A stretch of DNA of 64,000 nucleotides, taken from Candidatus Bathyarchaeota archaeon. Its GTDB lineage: Archaea > Thermoproteota > Bathyarchaeia > TCS64. The notes under the pieces were generated by a model, which ran no database searches, was not told where the DNA came from, and saw only the letters and a program-made list of their open reading frames with translations. The DNA is taken from NCBI GenBank assembly GCA_016930055.1, contig JAFGHP010000083.1, positions 15,138 to 79,137 of the forward strand, written 5' to 3'. Shown here piece after piece: positions 9,137-15,596 of this stretch; position 1 is the first letter of the stretch, and each line of letters starts with the position of its first letter. The translations under genes were made by a program, and so were the position numbers.

Positions 9137-9399
9137 TTATCTTCAGCCTCTGCCAATGTTACTTTAACTACACCTTCCGTATCTTTGTTGAGTTTTACCC
9201 TAATCTTATGCGGTGGTGATTTTATCCCTCTTGCCCAAATAGCTTCGTTTACAGAAGGGTCTAAAACAACTTTTTCAGCCTTCATATGGCGTTTAACAAA
9301 TTCTTTCAAAACAGTAATGGCTCTCTCTGATCTACGATAACGTTGAGCATTCCAAGCTTCTTTGAGAGGAACTGTATAAATACGTTCTATTTCAGACAT
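9133..9399 (-). CDS. rpl31e: 50S ribosomal protein L31e
   Basis: 88 aa, with an L31e-like sequence (RIYTVPLKEAW...RA..A...LKEFV.RH). Confidence 0.85.
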   Translation of the reverse strand: MSEIERIYTVPLKEAWNAQRYRRSERAITVLKEFVKRHMKAEKVVLDPSVNEAIWARGIKSPPHKIRVKLNKDTEGVVKVTLAEAEDK

Positions 9400-9408
9400 T
9401 ATTCATCA

Positions 9409-9567
9409 TTAATCCTTTAATTTTCTTGTACGCCAAGCACGAACACTTTTAGGGCTATACCTAATACTACCCTTTGTTTTAGCAATTATCCAGGCAGGTA
9501 CAGATTTTGATTGTTTACCCGCCTTAATTAAGCGAAGCTTGTATGCTAGTGGTTTATTTCGAGCCAT
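9409..9567 (-). CDS. rpl39e: 50S ribosomal protein L39e (a small gene absent from the ORF track)
   Basis: The minus-strand ORF encodes MARNKPLAYKLRLIKAGKQSKSVPAWIIAKTKGSIRYSPKSVRAWRTRKLKD (52 aa), a clear L39e signature. It sits in the canonical position next to L31e. Confidence 0.8.
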   Translation of the reverse strand: MARNKPLAYKLRLIKAGKQSKSVPAWIIAKTKGSIRYSPKSVRAWRTRKLKD

Positions 9568-9569
9568 TA

Positions 9570-9923
9570 TTATTTTCTCCTTATACTGATTTCTCTCTTC
9601 TGTTGCTGAGCCTCTAATTGTGAGAGGATCCTTTTTAATATCTCGTCTGTGATAGGGACAGGTACTTTACCAGCTTGAGCTAATTGAAGCAACTGAAGTT
9701 CTAATTGTTCACCAAACTCAGGACGTACCATCTTTATATTTGTGAGTCTTAATCTTGCTTCAGGAGTTAAAAGCTTCCTCATCAAAGCTTGTTTTTGAGC
9801 TTCAGCCTCTGCAATAGCTTGTGCTCTCTGTTGTTCTTCGCTTTGATTTTGCCTAGCTTGTAACTCAGCTAGACGCTGAGCTCTAAGCCTTTGAAGCTCT
9901 TCTTCGGAAGACATAGACTCCAC
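9570..9923 (-). CDS. PDCD5/TFAR19-like dsDNA-binding protein
   Basis: The 117-aa ORF has a Glu/Gln/Ala/Arg-rich N-terminal helix and a C-terminal ..PVPITDEILKRIL.. region typical of archaeal PDCD5 homologs. These are conserved next to rps19e and rpl39e. Confidence 0.7.
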   Translation of the reverse strand: MESMSSEEELQRLRAQRLAELQARQNQSEEQQRAQAIAEAEAQKQALMRKLLTPEARLRLTNIKMVRPEFGEQLELQLLQLAQAGKVPVPITDEILKRILSQLEAQQQKREISIRRK

Positions 9924-9927
9924 ACAT

Positions 9928-10383
9928 TTAATATATCTTAAGCTCTGGTTTATCCCTATCGAGATCTTTCTTGATTTGGGTAGACATAGCGTCTAATAAA
10001 CTTCGACCTTTTTTACTAATTATACGACCGTTTTTCTCAACCTTCTCCACCAACCCTGCTTTTTCCATTTGTTGAAGAGAAGTACGAATAATATTACCAC
10101 CAGCTAAGCGATGATGAGCTGGAAAATTGCCTATTCTTTTACGACCACCATATTCTTTTCTAAGTCTTTGAACCCCAATTGGACCATTAATATACAATTT
10201 TCTTAAGAGTGAGGCACTTCTAACATACCACCAATCACTTATTTGGGGAACCCTTTCCACATGGCTTCCAGTCTTCACATAATCTGCCCAGTCAGGAGGG
10301 GTCACTTCTTTAATGCTCTCTTTAATATAGCTACTAAGTTTCGAAATTAGTATATCTGCTGGCACGTCGTATACAGTCGTCAC
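9928..10383 (-). CDS. rps19e: 30S ribosomal protein S19e
   Basis: 151 aa with the S19e signature (DWWY.R.ASLLRKLY..GPIGV..LR..YGG). Confidence 0.9.
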   Translation of the reverse strand: MTTVYDVPADILISKLSSYIKESIKEVTPPDWADYVKTGSHVERVPQISDWWYVRSASLLRKLYINGPIGVQRLRKEYGGRKRIGNFPAHHRLAGGNIIRTSLQQMEKAGLVEKVEKNGRIISKKGRSLLDAMSTQIKKDLDRDKPELKIY

Positions 10384-10659
10384 GTTTATATCCCTTTTCC
10401 AGATGCTAAGTTATCGAAGTTAAACAAGCATATATGTATAGCTTTTTTACATCGAGTTTTAGCAATCCTAAACCACACAATTAAAATAAAAAGGTTTAGG
10501 CAAAAAAAGATTATATATAAAAATCTAGAATAACTTGATTAAATTTACTATTAAATATATTTTAGTTTTGGGTGAACAAATTTTATTCCAACCAACCAGC
10601 TCTCAGCGAAAGGGGTATGCACGCATATTTTTTATTAAAAGCACCTGATAATTAATACT

Positions 10660-10854
10660 ATGAAAAATAGAAAGAAGACCGCTAGATGTGAGATATGCTT
10701 ACAGCCAGCAACAAAAGATTACATGTTTAAATTAGCATATTACGAGGTTAGAAAAAAAGTTAATAAAGTGTTCTGCGGAGCATATTGCCTTAAAGACTTA
10801 GTTGAAAAAGAACTTGATAAAACGCACCTAGATGAACTGTACTCACCAGAATAA
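10660..10854 (+). CDS. small zinc-ribbon protein (hypothetical)
   Basis: The 64-aa ORF has CEIC ... CGAYC Cys pairs. It lies at the left edge of the R-M island. Confidence 0.35.
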   Translation: MKNRKKTARCEICLQPATKDYMFKLAYYEVRKKVNKVFCGAYCLKDLVEKELDKTHLDELYSPE

Positions 10855-11078
10855 TTAGTTGATGAAAACAGGATTCATTGATGATTAAAATGATCTTTAT
10901 CATAATAGCTCAATTATTTTGAAGTACTTCAACGAACCATTCAAAAACAAGTACTATGATCTTCCAGTATTTCGTTTTGCTAGAAACCATGGATGTAAAA
11001 ATTGTACAAATCAAAAATGTGACCTCAAAACTATGAAAAATTGTGAGGAAATAAGGTAGATGAGTTTATTTTATAAAT

Positions 11079-11684
11079 TTAACTTCCCCTATAAGTTGCT
11101 TTTTGAACAATTGTAAAAATCTCATCATCATTATATAAAGCATCAAGAACTTCTTTAAACATATAAGCTTCATGATTACTTGTTTTTTCTTCAATCATCA
11201 TAAGCTCGATAACATGTCCTATAAACTCAACGGAATATTCACCATATTTATCTAATTTTTTAAATCTCTTAAAATCCTTGTCTTTAGTTAATTTTAATTC
11301 ACATTTTTGCTGTTCTTCTTTTGTTGTGAAAGGTTTAATATTTTCCCACATATCAGACAGATATTTAATACACGATTTAGTTAATTTGGGACTGTGTTCC
11401 TTTTTAAGCAATAGATCAATTGCCCAATGAATATGTTGCGGAGTTCTAACTCTTTTTCTCAGCTCCTGATACTTTACAATTATATCTAAATCAGGATGGT
11501 TACCATAACTTCCTTGAAAAACACCGATAATTGTTCCATTTTTTAATCTGAATTCTTTAAACGCAAATAATTTTCTATGTTTTCCATTTCTTCCTTTTAC
11601 TGAACATTCCATCAAAATATTATCATCTGTATGTTTTATTTCTAAATCAGGTTTAAAATTTTTTGTATTTTTTAAATATTTCAA
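11079..11684 (-). CDS. hypothetical protein (R-M island; divergent from the Dam-like MTase)
   Basis: The 201-aa ORF has no recognisable family. The clean ORF shares a 114-bp divergent promoter region with the Dam-family MTase gene. Confidence 0.5.
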   Translation of the reverse strand: MKYLKNTKNFKPDLEIKHTDDNILMECSVKGRNGKHRKLFAFKEFRLKNGTIIGVFQGSYGNHPDLDIIVKYQELRKRVRTPQHIHWAIDLLLKKEHSPKLTKSCIKYLSDMWENIKPFTTKEEQQKCELKLTKDKDFKRFKKLDKYGEYSVEFIGHVIELMMIEEKTSNHEAYMFKEVLDALYNDDEIFTIVQKATYRGS

Positions 11685-11798
11685 AAAGTTAATACTCTCC
11701 GTTAAAATACATGAAACTTGTTTTAATAAATAAAAGTTTAGTACTAATAAATAATAGGATATAAATTATATGATTGATTATCTCAAAATCAAGGTATC

Positions 11799-12623
11799 AT
11801 GATCGAACCAATATTGAAATGGGCTGGGGGAAAAAGAAGTCTCATACCAGAAATAATATCATTGTTACCTAAAGATTATAGAAACAAAAAATATCATGAA
11901 CCCTTCTTTGGTGGTGGAGCCTTATTTTTTGAGATCCAGCCTAAATCTGGTTCTATCAATGATATAAATAGACAATTAATGAATTTTTATAGGGTAATTC
12001 GAGATAAACCAGAAGAAATCATTGAATTAGCATCTAGTTATAAATACGAAAAAGAAGAATTTTACAAGCTTCGAGATAAATATAATACACCAAACCTTAC
12101 AGATGTTGAATATGCCTCACTTCTACTATACTTGAACAAAACTGCATTCAATGGATTATATCGTGTAAACTCAAAAGGGCTATTCAATGTACCTTTTGGT
12201 AGATATAAAAACCCGACAATTGTAGATGAAAATCGAATAAAAAAAGCTAGTAAAGCTCTAAAAAATGTCGAAATCTTAAACAAAGATTTCTCTTATGTAA
12301 TTGATTATTCAAAAAAAGGTGATATCTGTTATTTTGATCCACCCTATTCCCCATTAAATAAGACTGCTTATTTCACTTCATATTCGTCAGATGGTTTCAG
12401 TTGGGAAGATCAAATAAGACTTAGAGACACTTGTATTTCACTTGATAAAAAAGGTGTTTTATTTGTTTTAAGTAATTCATATGTTAAGGAATTAGTTGAA
12501 GAATACCGAAAAATAGATTCATTTTATATTAAAACTGTTAAAGCTAATCGAGCAATTAATTCAAAAGCTAGTAATCGAGGACCCATTAACGAGATTCTTG
12601 TAACAAATATACTTGTAAAATAA
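11799..12623 (+). CDS. Dam-family (D12 class) DNA N6-adenine methyltransferase
   Basis: The 274-aa ORF has the N-terminal KWAGGK motif and the DPPY catalytic motif (FDPPYSP), and collinear similarity to E. coli Dam and DpnM-type enzymes. Confidence 0.85.
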   Translation: MIEPILKWAGGKRSLIPEIISLLPKDYRNKKYHEPFFGGGALFFEIQPKSGSINDINRQLMNFYRVIRDKPEEIIELASSYKYEKEEFYKLRDKYNTPNLTDVEYASLLLYLNKTAFNGLYRVNSKGLFNVPFGRYKNPTIVDENRIKKASKALKNVEILNKDFSYVIDYSKKGDICYFDPPYSPLNKTAYFTSYSSDGFSWEDQIRLRDTCISLDKKGVLFVLSNSYVKELVEEYRKIDSFYIKTVKANRAINSKASNRGPINEILVTNILVK

Positions 12624-13271
12624 TTATTTTTTAACTTTTTCAAATACTAGAAAATATGTATGCATAATAACTGAACAAGGACGATTTTTTACTTGAAAAG
12701 CAGTTGGCGACATACGATGATGAATAAATATGAAAGTATCTATTAATCTAAAATTTGAAAGTTTACTAACCCAAGTTATATGGTGAGCATAAAATTTACG
12801 CTCTTTTGTTTGATATTGATCAGCACATTTTAAAATGAGCTTACCATCATCTTTTAACCAATCAGGAAATTTATCATTAGCAAAAACTATGAACCATAAT
12901 AAATCATCATAGGTTTGTATATAATCTCCGTAATCCTGTCTTCTGGGATCATTTGAGTTTTTATAACCAAAGAAATAAGGTGGATCATAAATTATACCAT
13001 CAAATTGTTTATTAAAATTTAGATCTTTGATAGCGCTAACAACTTCTTGTCCATAATTAATTTTATCTGAGAAAATTACTTCTCCATATTCACTAATTTT
13101 ATTACTTCCATTAATATCTGGTTTATAATATTCAACCCAAAGATGCTTTTTACCACATGTAGGATCCAGAATTATCTTATTTTTTGTAGGAGGAATATGA
13201 AAATTTAAGATATCATAAAAATATTCGCCTAATTTTTTATTGGCATTGTGAGATAAAGGATATTTAGCCAT
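12624..13271 (-). CDS. putative small DNA methyltransferase (N6A/N4C, DPPY motif)
   Basis: The 215-aa ORF has an AdoMet motif-I-like DPTCGKK followed by IIYDPPYFFGY (motif IV). It is convergent and abutting the Dam-like gene and divergent from the MutH-like nuclease gene. Confidence 0.55.
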   Translation of the reverse strand: MAKYPLSHNANKKLGEYFYDILNFHIPPTKNKIILDPTCGKKHLWVEYYKPDINGSNKISEYGEVIFSDKINYGQEVVSAIKDLNFNKQFDGIIYDPPYFFGYKNSNDPRRQDYGDYIQTYDDLLWFIVFANDKFPDWLKDDGKLILKCADQYQTKERKFYAHHITWVSKLSNFRLIDTFIFIHHRMSPTAFQVKNRPCSVIMHTYFLVFEKVKK

Positions 13272-13424
13272 TTTAAAGATCTAGATCATAAGAATAAAAA
13301 AAGATATGTGTATTTTATCTATCTAAAGTTAGTTTAAAAAAATATATTACTTTCAATATTTTAAAAGTTTTTTAATAAATTCGGTATTCAGAAAAAATAA
13401 ATCTTTTAAGATTAAACTTAAATC

Positions 13425-14030
13425 ATGAATCGACAAGAAGCTATTGAAAAATTAAATTGTTTAATAAATCAGGATTTAGTTGAACTAGCAAAAAAATTTA
13501 ATGTTACTATCTGGACTGGAACAACTAAAAATAAAGGGTGGGCTGGACATACAATTGAAAAATATTTAGGTTTAGAACTAAATTCAACTCAAAAACCTGA
13601 TTTTGGTGATTGGGAATTAAAGATAGTTCCGTTACTATATGATTCATTTGGTAAATTAAAAGTAAAAGAGACAATGGCAATTACAATGATTAATCCTTCT
13701 CATGTTATTCAACATGATTTTGAAGATAGTCATTTATTAGCAAAATTAAATAGACTTGTTATATGTTCAAGAATATTTGAAAGTCAATCTGAAGATCATT
13801 CTTTATTTCATAGTGCAGCGATTTTTGATTTATCGAATAATGTGTTATTTGAACAAGTAAAAAAAGATTACGAAGAGACTAAAAGTTGTATTATTACGAA
13901 TGGATTTAATAGTTTATCAGGTAATATGGGTCAACTTGTACAACCAAGAACAAAAGGACCAGGTCATGGAAGTACTAGTAGAGCTTTTTATGCTAGAATT
14001 GGGTTTGTAGAAAAAATCTTAAAATTATAA
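13425..14030 (+). CDS. MutH/Sau3AI-family GATC-type endonuclease (putative restriction subunit)
   Basis: The 201-aa ORF reads KNKGWAGHTIEKYLGLELNSTQKPDFGDWELKIVPL, aligning with MutH KGWIG..LE.WLG......P...ALGVELKTIPV including the D..ELK catalytic motif. The C-terminus (PRTKG...SRAFYARIGFVEKI) matches the MutH ...LPRGFYLKKNF tail. Confidence 0.8.
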   Translation: MNRQEAIEKLNCLINQDLVELAKKFNVTIWTGTTKNKGWAGHTIEKYLGLELNSTQKPDFGDWELKIVPLLYDSFGKLKVKETMAITMINPSHVIQHDFEDSHLLAKLNRLVICSRIFESQSEDHSLFHSAAIFDLSNNVLFEQVKKDYEETKSCIITNGFNSLSGNMGQLVQPRTKGPGHGSTSRAFYARIGFVEKILKL

Positions 14031-14246
14031 TTTTAAAATTATAAGAATTAACTTAATTATTAAATTAAAAATATAAAAAATTTAAATAACATTGTTTCGT
14101 TAATTTGATATATTATTAGATTTATTTAAAGATATGAGTGGAGGACGATATAATATTAGGAGAACCTTGGTACAGTTCAGAGCAATTAAGTCAAGAACCA
14201 TAATCCATTTAATTACCTAAGGTAAATATAATAGAAGAGGTTTTTT

Positions 14247-14600
14247 ATGCAACTAATAGAAAACATCGCCTATATATTAATAAATTATTCTAAAATATTT
14301 AATAATGGTATTTATTCAACCTCAAATATACTTAAAAAATATTTGGCAACATATTTTTTTTCTCTATTATTATATTCAATAGATTTTTCAAGTTTATTAT
14401 TCTCAATTTATTGTTATGATGCTTTCGGAGGAGGGCTTCTTGATATATATATTTTATTAATTATACCTATATTGTTTATCCGCTCATATAGTATAATTAA
14501 GTTGAACTTTATAAAATTTAAAAAAAATGCTCATTTGATTTATTTATTTCTAATTTATGGTTTTCCATCAATTCCCTTTGTTTTTTTTTGGAGAAATTAG
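14247..14600 (+). CDS. hypothetical small hydrophobic protein (doubtful; in an AT-rich spacer)
   Basis: The 117-aa ORF is low-complexity Ile/Leu/Phe/Tyr-rich. It could be spurious in a 730-bp AT-rich region. Confidence 0.2.
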   Translation: MQLIENIAYILINYSKIFNNGIYSTSNILKKYLATYFFSLLLYSIDFSSLLFSIYCYDAFGGGLLDIYILLIIPILFIRSYSIIKLNFIKFKKNAHLIYLFLIYGFPSIPFVFFWRN

Positions 14601-14763
14601 GAATATTATCCTTGTTCAATTGGAATCTATCCCAATTAGATCAAAATAAAGCTAATCTTGCATTTATTTTATTGTCTTTAATACCACAAATATTGATTGA
14701 TTATCCTAGACTAATTTTATTAATTTATATATTTAAAGAAAAAAATAACAGCTCTAAGTAGAT

Positions 14764-15042
14764 TTATTCTTTTACATAAAATTCAATATATCCACATACA
14801 CTGCATCTATAAGTTTTAATGTTCATTATTGCTGTTGATTCTCTACCTAGAAACCCTTTTTTGCCTGTTTTTTCTTCCCAATAAGGATACACCGTTGCAG
14901 GTTGCCCTATTTGTGTTGTACCAAAACTACTCATAGGACTCATTGGATTCATTGAAGATGTACTAGGTGGGATATCTATTCTGAAATCACCACTTTTCAT
15001 AGTTCCTCCACATTTAGGACAATTTGTATTTTGATTGGACAT
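14764..15042 (-). CDS. zinc-ribbon domain protein (hypothetical)
   Basis: The 92-aa ORF has an N-terminal CPKCGG and a C-terminal CSVCGY, forming a C4 zinc ribbon. It lies at the right edge of the island. Confidence 0.45.
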   Translation of the reverse strand: MSNQNTNCPKCGGTMKSGDFRIDIPPSTSSMNPMSPMSSFGTTQIGQPATVYPYWEEKTGKKGFLGRESTAIMNIKTYRCSVCGYIEFYVKE

Positions 15043-15199
15043 CTCAGAATATTGTTGTAATACTTTCTATTAAGCTTCATCTCTGGAATCTCAGTTTTTA
15101 TTATATTTGTTTAAATATTAAATAGGAAAGATTAAAAAGAACCTGTATTGCTCCTATCATAGCAGTTCCACTAAGGAATAGCATTTAGAGGTAATAAAG

Positions 15200-15496
15200 A
15201 TGGAATACATGTATGCCGCTATGCTCCTCTACAGCGCAAAAAAACCAATTACAGAGGAGTCAGTTACAGCGATACTTAATGCCGCCGGTGTCACAGCTGA
15301 CGGTATACGCGTTAAGGCACTTTGTGCTGCACTTGCAGAAGTCAACATTGAAGAGGCTCTCAAGGCACCAGTTTTCGCTACAGCAGCAGCTACACCAGCT
15401 GCAGAAGTTAAGAAAGAAGAAGCAAAACCTGCAGAGAAGCCTAAAGAAGAGAAGAAAGAAGAAGATCTTCAAGGTTTGGGCGCACTCTTCGGTTAA
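15200..15496 (+). CDS. rpl12: 50S ribosomal protein L12 (acidic P1 stalk protein)
   Basis: The 98-aa ORF has an [21 protein letters not shown]-terminus, an Ala/Pro hinge, a KKEE-rich acidic tail and a GLGALFG C-terminus. Confidence 0.9.
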   Translation: MEYMYAAMLLYSAKKPITEESVTAILNAAGVTADGIRVKALCAALAEVNIEEALKAPVFATAAATPAAEVKKEEAKPAEKPKEEKKEEDLQGLGALFG

Positions 15497-15596
15497 CCCC
15501 CTTCAAATTTTCTTAAATTATAATAATAGTATCCTGTTTTTGGAGTATATCCCAAAATGCTTGGGAGTATCTTAAAGGTAACTGAATGAAGTGTAG

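Noticed and set aside
10862-10890. TGATGA...TGATGA motifs (C/D-box-like), and a similar TGATGATGAGAG at 62505-62516.
   Set aside because: No appropriately spaced CUGA D or D' boxes or guide regions were found. AT-rich spacers produce such hexamers by chance.
10919-11059. A 46-aa TTG-initiated ORF with four Cys (HGCKNCTNQKCDLKTMKNC) in the spacer before the 201-aa unknown gene.
   Set aside because: It is too short, has no SD and no support beyond Cys spacing. It could be a tiny zinc-ribbon peptide, but it cannot be substantiated from sequence alone.
15213-15575. The 120-aa plus-strand ORF overlapping rpl12 in another frame, and the 70-aa minus-strand ORF at 15260-15472.
   Set aside because: The L12 frame is unambiguous (conserved N-terminus, hinge, acidic tail). 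The overlapping ORFs are Gln/Leu/Lys repeats generated by the KKEE-coding repeat.
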